DNA of 64,000 nucleotides from Nitrospiraceae bacterium (GTDB lineage Bacteria; Nitrospirota; Nitrospiria; Nitrospirales; Nitrospiraceae): positions 1-64,000 of the forward strand of contig JBFWWG010000004.1 of assembly GCA_050246315.1 (NCBI GenBank). Reading direction: 5' to 3'. Numbering within the stretch: the first letter of the stretch is position 1; every line of letters starts with the position of its first letter. Both the position numbers and the translations under genes were made by a program. Shown here piece by piece: positions 39,368-51,305 of the stretch. The notes under the pieces are model-generated. The model saw only the letters and a list, made by a program, of their open reading frames with translations. It was not told the origin of the DNA and did not search any database.

Positions 39368-41560
39368 CTATGTCGATGATCGGTGATCTTGCCAAGCGCG
39401 TAGCCGCTTGGCGGAAATCACGCCTTCCACCCGCTCGACCGCCTGTAGTACCTTGCCCAGATGGTCCGTGTCCGTCACCTCGACGACGAAATTCAACACG
39501 GCCTTTCGATCTTCCCTGGTCGTAATCTCCGCTCGACTGATGTTGGCGTTGCACCCGGCAATGGAGGAGGAGACGTTCGCCAATACTCCCGGCCGGTCCA
39601 CCGCCATGACGGACATCTTGACATCGTGGGTGCTCGGCACCGACGTGTCCCAATCCACCTCGACGAGCCGGTCGCGGTCATAATCCAATGCATCCAGATT
39701 CGGGCAGCCGACGGCGTGGATGGTTAAGCCGCGCCCCCTGGTGATGTATCCAAGAATCCGGTCGCCCGGCACAGGATTGCAGCAACGCGACAACTGCATG
39801 AGCAGATCTCTGGCGCCCTTGACCTTGACACCCTTTTCGTCGGTTCTCGGATCGCCGGCCCTCTGAAGGGCAACCGGCTCTTGCGCCACCCGCTGCGGCT
39901 CGTCCGTACCCACAGAAAGCAGGCGACTGACGATTTGCGAACTCGCGACACGTCCGTAACCGATTGCCGCCACCAGATCGTCGGCCGAATCGTACCCGGA
40001 TGCCCGTGCAACCTCGAAGAATTGCTCGGACTTGAGCATCTGCGCCGGCGTCACGTTGTGCTTCTTCAGCTCCACTTCCAGCAACCGCCGGCCAATTTCC
40101 GCGCTGCGCCGATCCTCCTCGACCTTGATCCAGTGCTTGATCTTGGCCTTCGCCCGAGAGGTCCGCACAAACTTGAGCCAGTCCTTGTGCGGCACCTGCG
40201 TCGACGAAGTCAGAATTTCCACTGCATCGCCGCTTTGCAATTGATACTTGAGCGGCACAATCTTGCCGTTCACTTTGGCGCCGATACAGTGATTGCCGAC
40301 CTCGGTATGGATCGCGTACGCAAAATCCACCGGCGTGGACCCACGGGGCAATTCCTTGACCATGCCTTTGGGCGTGAACACATAGACCACGTCGTGAAAG
40401 AGGTCGAGTTTGACGGAATCCATGAACTGCCGGTTGTCTGGCAGGTCTCGATGCCACTCAACGAACTGGCGCAGCCAACTGAATACCTTTCCGTCCTTCT
40501 CATCGACCTGTCCCTGCTCCTTGTACTTCCAATGGGCGGCGATGCCCTGTTCCGCAACCCGATGCATTTCTTCCGTACGGATCTGGAATTCGACGTGCTC
40601 CCCCTTCGGCCCGACGACGGTCGTGTGAAGCGATTGGTACAGGTTCGATTTCGGAATGGCGATGTAATCCTTGAAGCGGCCCGGCACGGGGCGCCAGAGG
40701 GAATGAATCATCCCCAGGATGCCGTAGCAATTCATCTTGGTATCGGTCAGGATCCGAATGCCGGTCAGATCGTAGACTTCCTCGAACGAAATACTCTGCT
40801 TCTGCATCTTCTGGTAGATGCCGTAAAGATGCTTGGGCCGTCCGTGCACCTCGCCCGGAAGCGCGGCCTCGTCCAGAGCCTGCTTCACCACCTGGACCAC
40901 TTCCCGAGTGTACTGCTGGCGGTCTTCGTCCCGCTTGGCCACCTTCTGCACGAGCATTTCGAAGACATCGGGTTTCAGATAGCGGAGGCAGAGATCTTCC
41001 AACTCGTTCTTCAGCCATCCAATCCCCAGGCGATTCGCGAGCGGCGCATAAATTTCAAGTGTTTCCTGCGCGATTTCCTGCTGTTTGGTTGTCCGGTGAT
41101 GCTGGAGGGTCCGCATGTTGTGCAGGCGATCGGCGAGCTTCACGAGAACGACTCGGATGTCGTCCGCCATGGAGAGCACCATTTTGCGGAAATTCTCCGC
41201 CTGCTTCTCCTCATAATTCTTGAACGGGATCTTCCCGATCTTGGTCACCCCTTCGACCAAACGCACGATGTCCTTGCCGAACTGGCGTTCCAGTTCCTGA
41301 TGCGTCGCGAGGGTGTCTTCAAGCGTATCGTGCAGCAGACCGGCGATGATGGCATGCTCGTCGCTCTTCAAGGCGGTGAGAATGCCCGCCACGGCGAGCG
41401 GATGATGCAGATAGGGTTCTCCGGACTTGCGCGTCTGGCCTTCGTGTGCCTTGGCCGAGTAGTCGTAGGCCTTGCGAATCAACGCCACGTCCGCATCGGC
41501 ATAGTAGCTCTGCAGCCGGGCGATCAGCGCGTCGATGTTCGTGATGGTCTCGTTCGGCAT
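39368..41560 (-). CDS. spoT: Bifunctional (p)ppGpp synthetase/hydrolase (long RSH)
   Basis: HEGQTRKSGEPY, LLHD (HD domain), KLADRLHNMRT, RFKDY, YQSLHT, TGS and ACT domains. Confidence 0.95.
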   Translation of the reverse strand: MPNETITNIDALIARLQSYYADADVALIRKAYDYSAKAHEGQTRKSGEPYLHHPLAVAGILTALKSDEHAIIAGLLHDTLEDTLATHQELERQFGKDIVRLVEGVTKIGKIPFKNYEEKQAENFRKMVLSMADDIRVVLVKLADRLHNMRTLQHHRTTKQQEIAQETLEIYAPLANRLGIGWLKNELEDLCLRYLKPDVFEMLVQKVAKRDEDRQQYTREVVQVVKQALDEAALPGEVHGRPKHLYGIYQKMQKQSISFEEVYDLTGIRILTDTKMNCYGILGMIHSLWRPVPGRFKDYIAIPKSNLYQSLHTTVVGPKGEHVEFQIRTEEMHRVAEQGIAAHWKYKEQGQVDEKDGKVFSWLRQFVEWHRDLPDNRQFMDSVKLDLFHDVVYVFTPKGMVKELPRGSTPVDFAYAIHTEVGNHCIGAKVNGKIVPLKYQLQSGDAVEILTSSTQVPHKDWLKFVRTSRAKAKIKHWIKVEEDRRSAEIGRRLLEVELKKHNVTPAQMLKSEQFFEVARASGYDSADDLVAAIGYGRVASSQIVSRLLSVGTDEPQRVAQEPVALQRAGDPRTDEKGVKVKGARDLLMQLSRCCNPVPGDRILGYITRGRGLTIHAVGCPNLDALDYDRDRLVEVDWDTSVPSTHDVKMSVMAVDRPGVLANVSSSIAGCNANISRAEITTREDRKAVLNFVVEVTDTDHLGKVLQAVERVEGVISAKRLRAWQDHRSST

Positions 41561-41570
41561 GACCTGTCCC

Positions 41571-43271
41571 CTACGACGGAGGTGTCGGCCGTATATCCCG
41601 GATTCGTAGTTGAACCTGCTCCAATCCTCCCCACCGATTGACTTCGGGCACGAAAGCCAGGTCCACTGGTTGATGGGCAGGAATTCCCCTCTCCGCCAGC
41701 GATCCCATGCGAAAGCCAATGCTGGAAAACGGAAACGAATGCCCCTGTCTGACCGTCAGTTTCAAATGGTTCTCTCCGACGACTCTCGCGTCCAGCACTT
41801 TCAGACTCCGCACGGCGAGAAGCGGCTCCGGATTTCCTTCGCCGAAGGGATTCAGGCCGTCAAGCTCCCGGATCAACTTGAGGGTGACGTCGGCTAATTG
41901 TACCTCAGCATCAAGACGCAACGTAGGGATCTGCCTCACCGCCTCATGCCGGCCGGCCAGGCCCTGAAACCGCTCGCGGAACGCCGGCAACCGTGCCTCT
42001 TGGATCGTCAGGCCGGCGGCCCCAGGATGGCCGCCGAATCCGTCAAGCAGATCACGGCAGGCGTCCAGCGCATCATAGGCGTCGAACCCCGGCACACTGC
42101 GTACGGAGCCCTTGCCGATCCCCTGATCGTTGACCGTCAGAACGACGGCGGGCCGATGGTAGCGTTCGACCAGACGCGCGGCCGCGATGCCGACCACGCC
42201 CAGGTGCCACTCCCGAGACCATTCGACAATCGCCGACAGATCCGCAGTGGACGCCAGCCTCGCCGCCAACTCAGCCACCACTCCTTCCTCGATCTGCTGG
42301 CGCTCCCGGTTGAGCCCATCGAGGCGTTGTGCCAGAGCGCGCGCCTGTTGCTCAGAATCTGTCGTCAGGAGTTCGACCCCCAGCTTCGCGTGGTCCAAAC
42401 GTCCGGAGGCATTGAGACGAGGGACGAGCTTAAAGGCCAGCGCTCCGGTATTACAGGGTCGTGTCAGCCCTGCCACCTCCTTGAGCGCGCGGATCCCCGG
42501 TCGGGTCCCCTTGTTGATCTGCGCCAGACCGCGCCGCACAAACAAGCGGTTCTCGTCCACCAGCGGAACGACATCCGCCACCGTCGAAAGCGCGACCAGA
42601 TCGTCCTGGTAAGCCAAGATATCCGGCGCCCCTCGATATTTCATCGAGTGGGCCTGTGAAACTTTGTAGGCCAAGGCGCCCGAACAAAGCGCGGGAAACG
42701 GGTACCGGGCATCTCGGCGGTGGGGATTCACAACCCCCAGGGCCGGCGGCATGGCCTGGTCCGTTCGGTGATGGTCCGTCACAATCACATCCATACCCAG
42801 CGCGTTCGCGACCGCGATTTCGCGGTGCGAAGTGGTCCCGCAATCGGACGTCACGAGCACCCTCACGCCCTGTGCATGGAGCCGCCGCACCGCGGCCTCA
42901 TTAAGCCCATAGCCTTCCTCGATTCGATGCGGGATGTAGACGCAGGGCCGAAGCCCGCAGGCCGTGAAGTAGGTCACATAGAGGCTCGTCGCCGACATCC
43001 CGTCCACGTCATAGTCGCCGTAGAAACAGACCAGCTCGCGGGCGATACGAGCCTGTTCCAGTCGGTCGATCACCGGTTCCATATCCGGCAGGAGAAACGG
43101 GTCGTGCGGAGAGACCGCATCGGCGCCCAGCCATCGAGAAGCTTCGATCTGGTTCGTGATTCCGCGCGCGAGCAGCACCGACGCGGTCACGGGCGAAATG
43201 GTCAGGGTCTGCGAAAGCCCTCTCTGACGATCCTGATCGATGGTCGGAAAAATCCAAAGTCGAGAACGCAT
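41571..43271 (-). CDS. recJ: ssDNA-specific exonuclease RecJ
   Basis: YGDYDVDG, EGYG, TDHH, ADVVPL, PRLNA.GR and GGHPGAAG motifs. Confidence 0.95.
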   Translation of the reverse strand: MRSRLWIFPTIDQDRQRGLSQTLTISPVTASVLLARGITNQIEASRWLGADAVSPHDPFLLPDMEPVIDRLEQARIARELVCFYGDYDVDGMSATSLYVTYFTACGLRPCVYIPHRIEEGYGLNEAAVRRLHAQGVRVLVTSDCGTTSHREIAVANALGMDVIVTDHHRTDQAMPPALGVVNPHRRDARYPFPALCSGALAYKVSQAHSMKYRGAPDILAYQDDLVALSTVADVVPLVDENRLFVRRGLAQINKGTRPGIRALKEVAGLTRPCNTGALAFKLVPRLNASGRLDHAKLGVELLTTDSEQQARALAQRLDGLNRERQQIEEGVVAELAARLASTADLSAIVEWSREWHLGVVGIAAARLVERYHRPAVVLTVNDQGIGKGSVRSVPGFDAYDALDACRDLLDGFGGHPGAAGLTIQEARLPAFRERFQGLAGRHEAVRQIPTLRLDAEVQLADVTLKLIRELDGLNPFGEGNPEPLLAVRSLKVLDARVVGENHLKLTVRQGHSFPFSSIGFRMGSLAERGIPAHQPVDLAFVPEVNRWGGLEQVQLRIRDIRPTPPS

Positions 43272-43499
43272 GGCCACATGAAGAGGAACGGTGCGAGGAC
43301 GATTGCGTAGGTCGTTGAACGATTGGTGCGCGAGTCTAGCGGTCCAGCCAGCCCATGTCAAATGACTCGGCGGCCGATGCGATCGACGGGTCGGCAAGCA
43401 GGCCGCTGGTTTCGAACGACAAGGTCGGAGACTGATGGGCGATGGAGAGACGAGAAGCGCGATCGGGAGTGCGGCAACGTGCGTGACTCGGGTCTCGAG

Positions 43500-43703
43500 T
43501 CACTCACCACCTTTTTGCACGTAGTTTTTCACGAACTCTTCGGCATTCTTTTCGAGCACGTCGTCGATCTCATCGACGAGCTTATCGATGTCTTCTTTCA
43601 GCTTCTTCCCGGTCTCCACGACCTTGGGATTGGCTTTGACCTCATCTTTGTCCTTCCCTTGCGGCTCTTTCCTGGTTTCCGGCCTCCGTTCCTGTTTTTC
43701 CAT
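43500..43703 (-). CDS. pup: Prokaryotic ubiquitin-like protein Pup (Glu-terminated)
   Basis: DEIDDVLEKNAEEFVKNYVQKGGE C-terminus with a disordered charged N-terminus; SD GGAGG. Confidence 0.9.
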   Translation of the reverse strand: MEKQERRPETRKEPQGKDKDEVKANPKVVETGKKLKEDIDKLVDEIDDVLEKNAEEFVKNYVQKGGE

Positions 43704-43865
43704 GGAGCACCTCCCAGCCACAGCCAGGGACCGGCTCTGTCCCCGTGTTGAATCGTCTACCGGTCACCTTACTCTAGGGAGATTCTGCCCGTCAAGCCGC
43801 CGAAGATTCGCGGCCATTACCGTTGCCGATTCTGTCGATTCATTCGATCCGAGTGCTCCAACGCC

Positions 43866-45899
<2,034 letters not shown>

Positions 45900-46060
45900 T
45901 GTCCTGTCCTCCTGCCATGGGTGAGACGCTCCGTCTGTTCATGCCGCTCCCTATGCCTCCAGCCCATCGACAGAACGTTGCAACAGGAGTCTGCGAAGGG
46001 ACAACCACGGATGGAGCGGGTTGGATCTGCGCGGATAACTACGTGAGAAATCGAGCCATT

Positions 46061-49000
46061 TTATATGGACGGCTTTCGGGGATCAAGCCGAAAGGTGGGG
46101 GGCCGAAGGCCCCTCGGAGCCGTGGATTCTGTAAGGATACGCGCAATATCGCTCACGCGTTTTGCGCAGGAATATGCCCACCAGCCATAGGTCCCGTCTG
46201 CATTCAGCGCCGCGACCCACCGCTCTGCCGCAGCCCGTTTCACCTCTTCGAGCGGGTCGAATCCCTTGGTTTCCAGAATGAGGTGGCATGGAGACTCGGC
46301 GCTCAGTCGAATGATGAAATCCGGCACATAGTCGTGCATCTGGCCGTTGTGCAGGTAGGGAACTGCGAAGCCGAGCCCGGCATTCTTGACGAACGCCAAA
46401 ACCGCGGGATGCCGGTCGATAAAATAGGCCGACGACTGTTCCCACTGTTTGGTGTCCGCCACGACATAGTTGAGATGGCTTTTCACGACTTCCCGCACGT
46501 CGCGACTCGTCCAGAAATCCACCTCAGCCGTCGAGCCCGGACCACGTGTTGCTTCGTAGCGAGGCACTTCCGGCGCTTCCCCTTGAGACGTGTCGGGACG
46601 GATCGCCTCCAACAGCCGTTCAACGACCCAGCCGTAGTACGGGGCAAGAAAGAGATCTTTCTTATCGGCTGGGGGTCGCGCTTCTACCTTCTTATCCAGA
46701 TATAGCTGAATGATGCCGGCGAGTTGCGGAAACAATTTGTGTGTTGGAATCGTGCATTGTTTCTGAGCCACATAGTCCTGCGCCAACGTCTTCGCGAGAT
46801 CGAAGACCAGTTCCTGCATCCGCCGCTTCGCGCGAAACTCTTCAAGGTTAACTTCATCCACTCGACCAGGCCCGCCGAGTGTGAGTTTACCTTTCGTGGT
46901 GACATGAAGACCCTTGACCTCGACCTCTGGCGGGATTCGACCAGGCTCCAACACGAGCGAGGGAACACTTCGCCAATCCACCGACACCTTGTTGCGAATC
47001 GCTTGGGTGTAGCCTTCAACGCGAGGAAATCTGATCTCGAATTCCGATTTCGCCGGGATCGCATGGACATGGTACCGCTTCACGCGAGGCTGCGGCTGCC
47101 CCTGAGGATTCGCCTTGAACGGGATCACTTCAAACGGCACGCCGAACACCTTCGCGACTTCCTCCGTCAGCTTGCCATCGGCGCCGACTTCATAATTGGC
47201 CCTCCGCAATCCTCGCCCGACCACCTGCTCGCAGAGCAGCTGTGACATGAACGGTCTCAGGCCGATGATGTGCGTTACGGTGTTGCAGTCCCAGCCTTCG
47301 GTCAGCATGCCCACGCTGACGATGCAACGGACGTCGCGACCAGGCGGATGGTCCGGACGTGTAAGTTTATCGGCCAATTCCTTGAAGCCTTCCGGATAGA
47401 GAGGCCGGCCGACCCGATCGGTCGGCCAGGCCGTCTTCCCAACCGTATCGAGTGTGAATCGCATCCAGCGGACTTCGTCGTTCTTCGCCTCGCCGGAATC
47501 CGACTCGTGGACCACCTTGGAATCCACTCGGATCGTGTTCTGCCGGCCGCTATTTTTGAACCCTTCGATCTTCACCGGCGGAATCCCGGTCGGCGCCTTG
47601 TCTTCCGCCAGCCACTCGTAGAGCACCTTGGCAATCTGCGTATTCTTGCAGACCAAGATAAAAACAGGCGGCCGCGGATCATCGCGATGCGTGGCCCATT
47701 CTTCGCGATCCTTCTCCCACAGACCGCCCAGCATCGCGATGGGATGATGCGCGTACTTCAAAATGGCCTCGGGTTTGGGGTTCGCCTTCTTGCCCCCACG
47801 CTCAGCCGGAGTGAGTTGAGGAAGAATCCAGTGCCAGATGTTGAAGTAGCCGGGAATGTCACGGCCCGTCGTGTCCCGCACGGCGAGTTGGGGAATTTTC
47901 ACCAGACCGGACTCGATCGCATCGATCAACCCGAAGTCGCTCACGACCCAGGGAAACGGCCGATTGGTATCCTGGCCGACTCGACCGAGAAAGTAGGGCG
48001 TGGCAGACAGATCAAGGCAGAAGTTGATACCACGCAGTTTCTGAATCCGATCCAGGCCGTCGACCCAGACCGTCGCTTCTTTGAAGAAGTCCTCGGCCTC
48101 TTCGTCCTCGCCGAAGAGATCGCCTTCCTCCTCGTCGCTGTCTTCACGCACGATGCGATAGGCATGGTGTGCCTCGTCGTTCATGACGAGAATGTTCTGC
48201 TTCCCTCCCACTTCGCGCCCAAGAATGCGGTTGGCCAGCGCGGTATCGCTTTCCACATAACGCTTTGATTCCACCGTGACCTTCTTCAGCGTGCCGTCTT
48301 TCTCGCGCTCCTCGCCCAGTATGGTCAACAGGCCGGCGGCAACCTGTCGTTCAAGATCTTCGAGCGTGAGGTACCGAGTACCGCGCGCTGTCGTCGTCTT
48401 CGATCTGATCGTAATGGTATCCTTCGCGCGGACTTCGACCCCGGCCCTGGTCACTTTCGCCCCGACCCCGCCGGTTTGCATGGCTTGCGGCTCGAAGACA
48501 TGCCAGTTCGTCACCAGCACTCGTCCTTGCGTCAACGACGGCATCAAGTGAGAGGGAACGAGATCTCGCGTTCTGTACAGACTCGCTTCTCCAGCTTCAG
48601 GGTCCAGTTCACGGAGCCGGTTCTTGATCGTCACGTTGGGACAGACGATCAGCACCACATCGGAGAATCTGGCGTCGCTCCGGTCGTTGACCTTGTTAAG
48701 AATGCTCCAGGCGGCCAGCATCCCCATCACCGTGGTCTTGCCGGAACCGGTCGCCATCTTGCTCGCATACCGCCGAAATCCGGCAAAGCCGTCTTTCCGC
48801 TTGTCTTCGCTGAGTTCCTCTTGAGGAATCTCAATGCCCTGCCGGAAGTCGGTACGGGCCTCGGTCAGAAAAATAATTGTCTCCGCCGCATCGAGCTGGG
48901 CGAAAAAGAGCTGCTGTGCCCGTCCATCCCGCCGCCACCAGTGCAGGAGTTCGAGGGTCGTGCGCGTCACGCCGGGATAGCCCTCCAGCCGCCACTTCCT

Positions 49001-49228
49001 CACCTGCGCGCGAATGCGGTTGACCAGCTTCAGTTCGATCGCCGTGCCGACGACGCGACCGGCTTCGGTGTCCGGCTTGGCTTTCGGATCGCGATAGAAA
49101 TACATCGCCGGACGGCGACCAGGCCGCCGCTCCGGCAGCGCTCCTTCCACGATATGCCAATATTTGGTGGGTTCGTCGAACGGGGAATTGAGAATGGGTT
49201 CCGGGACTTCGTAGCCGCTCATGGTCAA
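46061..49228 (-). CDS. Type III restriction-like Res subunit (SF2 helicase + PD-(D/E)xK nuclease; BPTD_3080-like)
   Basis: MATGSGKT, DEAHH, SAT, MLTEGWD, QVVGRGLR and PDFII...ILETKG motifs. Confidence 0.9.
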   Translation of the reverse strand: MTMSGYEVPEPILNSPFDEPTKYWHIVEGALPERRPGRRPAMYFYRDPKAKPDTEAGRVVGTAIELKLVNRIRAQVRKWRLEGYPGVTRTTLELLHWWRRDGRAQQLFFAQLDAAETIIFLTEARTDFRQGIEIPQEELSEDKRKDGFAGFRRYASKMATGSGKTTVMGMLAAWSILNKVNDRSDARFSDVVLIVCPNVTIKNRLRELDPEAGEASLYRTRDLVPSHLMPSLTQGRVLVTNWHVFEPQAMQTGGVGAKVTRAGVEVRAKDTITIRSKTTTARGTRYLTLEDLERQVAAGLLTILGEEREKDGTLKKVTVESKRYVESDTALANRILGREVGGKQNILVMNDEAHHAYRIVREDSDEEEGDLFGEDEEAEDFFKEATVWVDGLDRIQKLRGINFCLDLSATPYFLGRVGQDTNRPFPWVVSDFGLIDAIESGLVKIPQLAVRDTTGRDIPGYFNIWHWILPQLTPAERGGKKANPKPEAILKYAHHPIAMLGGLWEKDREEWATHRDDPRPPVFILVCKNTQIAKVLYEWLAEDKAPTGIPPVKIEGFKNSGRQNTIRVDSKVVHESDSGEAKNDEVRWMRFTLDTVGKTAWPTDRVGRPLYPEGFKELADKLTRPDHPPGRDVRCIVSVGMLTEGWDCNTVTHIIGLRPFMSQLLCEQVVGRGLRRANYEVGADGKLTEEVAKVFGVPFEVIPFKANPQGQPQPRVKRYHVHAIPAKSEFEIRFPRVEGYTQAIRNKVSVDWRSVPSLVLEPGRIPPEVEVKGLHVTTKGKLTLGGPGRVDEVNLEEFRAKRRMQELVFDLAKTLAQDYVAQKQCTIPTHKLFPQLAGIIQLYLDKKVEARPPADKKDLFLAPYYGWVVERLLEAIRPDTSQGEAPEVPRYEATRGPGSTAEVDFWTSRDVREVVKSHLNYVVADTKQWEQSSAYFIDRHPAVLAFVKNAGLGFAVPYLHNGQMHDYVPDFIIRLSAESPCHLILETKGFDPLEEVKRAAAERWVAALNADGTYGWWAYSCAKRVSDIARILTESTAPRGLRPPTFRLDPRKPSI

Positions 49229-49246
49229 AAAGAGACGGCCTCTTGC

Positions 49247-49468
49247 TTAGGCAGCATATTTGACCACGCTCAACTCAGCAGCGTCATCCGCCGCATCGAG
49301 AATCTGCTCGACGGTCGCCATGACAGCATCCTCGATGGAATATTCCGTGCAGTTTTCACAGAGCAGGACGGGAAGGTTCTTGATCACGACAATCGACTGA
49401 TCGCTCAGCTTAAACGGCAAGTCCGTCGTCGCCCGGTTCATGGACCCACCGCAGACTCGGCATCTCAT
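49247..49468 (-). CDS. YgiT/MqsA-type zinc finger protein
   Basis: MRCRVCG...IKNLPVLLCENC.E. Confidence 0.85.
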   Translation of the reverse strand: MRCRVCGGSMNRATTDLPFKLSDQSIVVIKNLPVLLCENCTEYSIEDAVMATVEQILDAADDAAELSVVKYAA

Positions 49469-49809
49469 AGGTTCTTCCTCCTGGTTCTACAATCCTGTTC
49501 CCACTCGCGAGGACTCGGACGATACACAGTCACGATCCGTACATTGTCTCCCGATACATCGGTCGCAATGTGTATGTGCGCAACCCCTTCGTCCGACCGA
49601 CACAGAACCAAATAGCTCGGCAAATATTTATCATCCGGATACGGCTCGATAATCTCGTAGGTGCCGACCGCTCGCAAAAGCGTCTCGCGGGACAGCGTAC
49701 GTCCCTTCAACCGCATCTGCACATGATAGGTCCAAAAAATCTTTCTCTCACGGACGCACCGTTGAATAAACGCGAGCGGATTGTCTGGAATGATACGCTC
49801 GCTGACCAT
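49465..49809 (-). CDS. DUF4258-like protein (putative toxin partner of the YgiT finger)
   Basis: TYHVQMRL..R, IIEPYPDDKYLPSYLV and IVTVYRP..W motifs; ATGA overlap with the zinc finger gene. Confidence 0.8.
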   Translation of the reverse strand: MVSERIIPDNPLAFIQRCVRERKIFWTYHVQMRLKGRTLSRETLLRAVGTYEIIEPYPDDKYLPSYLVLCRSDEGVAHIHIATDVSGDNVRIVTVYRPSPREWEQDCRTRRKNL

Positions 49810-49835
49810 TTAGAAACCAGGCCTTACTGGGCGCA

Positions 49836-49896
49836 TCATGCCAGTTTCTTCACCACCAGCAATTCGTTGCCCCGGTCGTCGATCACCTTCACGGCG
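49836..49896 (-). pseudogene. Extreme C-terminus of the type III-like DNA methyltransferase (mod)
   Basis: Minus strand reads AVKVIDDRGNELLVVKKLA*, the C-terminal motif I recognise for Mod proteins paired with this Res family. Not in the ORF track. Confidence 0.75.
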
Positions 49897-49993
49897 CTGA
49901 GAGGAGAGGAAGACTATCCTCTCGAAAGTCTCCGGAGTTCAAACTCCAAGCGAGTGTGTTTCCTATTGGTCTCGCAGCTATCTGGCTCCACGA

Positions 49994-50341
49994 TTAGTAT
50001 TCGTCATACTTTCTCGAGTTTCCGTAGGCCTTGTCCACGGGATATTTGGTCTCATTCTTTTCAAGCTTTGACCGGACGGCGGAATCTAAGTCTATACCGA
50101 GATCATGGATTAGATACGAAAGCACGATCGCAACGTCTGCGACCTCATCTTGGATCCGATCCTTCAACTTGCTCGCGATCATGGTTGCAACTTCCTCGTT
50201 GGTCTTCCACTGAAAAACCTCGAGCAATTCCCCCGCTTCTATTGAAAGAGAGATAGCCAGCTCCTTAGGCCTGTGAAACTGTTCCCAGTCTCGCTTCTGC
50301 CTAAACGCAAGAAGCTCTGTGAGCAAGTCGTTGCTGATCAT
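49994..50341 (-). CDS. MazG-like nucleotide pyrophosphohydrolase (dCTPase-like)
   Basis: RDWEQFH.PKELAISLSIEAGELLEVFQW...DEVADV...KNETKYP. Confidence 0.9.
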   Translation of the reverse strand: MISNDLLTELLAFRQKRDWEQFHRPKELAISLSIEAGELLEVFQWKTNEEVATMIASKLKDRIQDEVADVAIVLSYLIHDLGIDLDSAVRSKLEKNETKYPVDKAYGNSRKYDEY

Positions 50342-50360
50342 CAGCCTCGTCTCCTTGTGA

Positions 50361-51305
50361 CTAGCCGAGATACACGTTCTGATTGTGCCACTTGAGAAAC
50401 TGGTCTGAAGGTCGATCTCTTGGAGCCGCGGGGATCACGGCCAGTTGTCTGCCGTGCAAGGCATAATAGTCTCGACCGTTCTCATATTCTTCTTTAATTT
50501 TCCGACTAACCTCGACGTGCAGTTGCGGAGTGACAGAGATATAGCCAAGGTCGAACAGCTTGTGAAGATCAGATCTCATCAACAAGCCGTTTACTGTCAG
50601 ATTGGGGCCTGACTTCGAGAATGGCTTGATATGAGCCGCCTCCAGTGCTGGCAGAGTTCGTTCTCCTGTAACCGCACAGCGACGAACATAGGCTTCCGTG
50701 ACTAGAACTCGAAAGGCACCTTGCCCTAACCTTGCTCTGGTCAAAAATTGAGCTCCATACATTGCTTCATCTTCAGCCACCAATGGTGTTGTGTCCATCC
50801 TGACACTCTGCTGCTGAACATGAGTGACCTGAATCCGCTCCTGAATCCTAATCCATACATCTCTCCCGACCTCTTGATCGGTGTCATAAGTCTTACCTTG
50901 GACAATGCTTGACGCCCAATCCGAGGGAGCGGGAATCCAGTCTTTCCTCTCAAAGAAAAACGGATTTCCCAGGATGGTGCAACCAATCACCGGATCGTGG
51001 GTTTTTGATTTACTAGCTCTGAATCTCTCAATCCGTAAACGTAACTCCTCTAGCGACGCTGCCCCATTTTTCTCTCCAAATGCCTCCCAGGCCAACGAAA
51101 GAGGCAGGTTCGAATGCCTGATGAAGAAACCTCCTCCAGCAATGAAATTATAGGGACTGTGGAGTTTGAATAAGAATGGTGAGTCGGTCGGTATCGCTTG
51201 AAATGATCCGAATCCGCTTGGACGCCAGAAATTCACCTCTTCCGGCGATCGTGAGGATAGAAATTCAAACCATTTGTTGTCTGTTACGCCGATCCAAAAC
51301 TTCAT
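50361..51305 (-). CDS. HNH endonuclease with N-terminal PUA/EVE-like domain (putative type IV restriction enzyme)
   Basis: MKFWIGVTD..WF...VNFWRP; RLGQGAFR..V..AY..RCAVTG...LEAAHIKP...NGLLMRSDLHKLFD. AT-richer than the flanks. Confidence 0.88.
   Translation of the reverse strand: MKFWIGVTDNKWFEFLSSRSPEEVNFWRPSGFGSFQAIPTDSPFLFKLHSPYNFIAGGGFFIRHSNLPLSLAWEAFGEKNGAASLEELRLRIERFRASKSKTHDPVIGCTILGNPFFFERKDWIPAPSDWASSIVQGKTYDTDQEVGRDVWIRIQERIQVTHVQQQSVRMDTTPLVAEDEAMYGAQFLTRARLGQGAFRVLVTEAYVRRCAVTGERTLPALEAAHIKPFSKSGPNLTVNGLLMRSDLHKLFDLGYISVTPQLHVEVSRKIKEEYENGRDYYALHGRQLAVIPAAPRDRPSDQFLKWHNQNVYLG

Noticed and set aside
43500..43703. UBact instead of Pup
   Set aside because: The C-terminus EEFVKNYVQKGGE follows the Pup pattern rather than the R-(T/S)-G-E ending of UBact.
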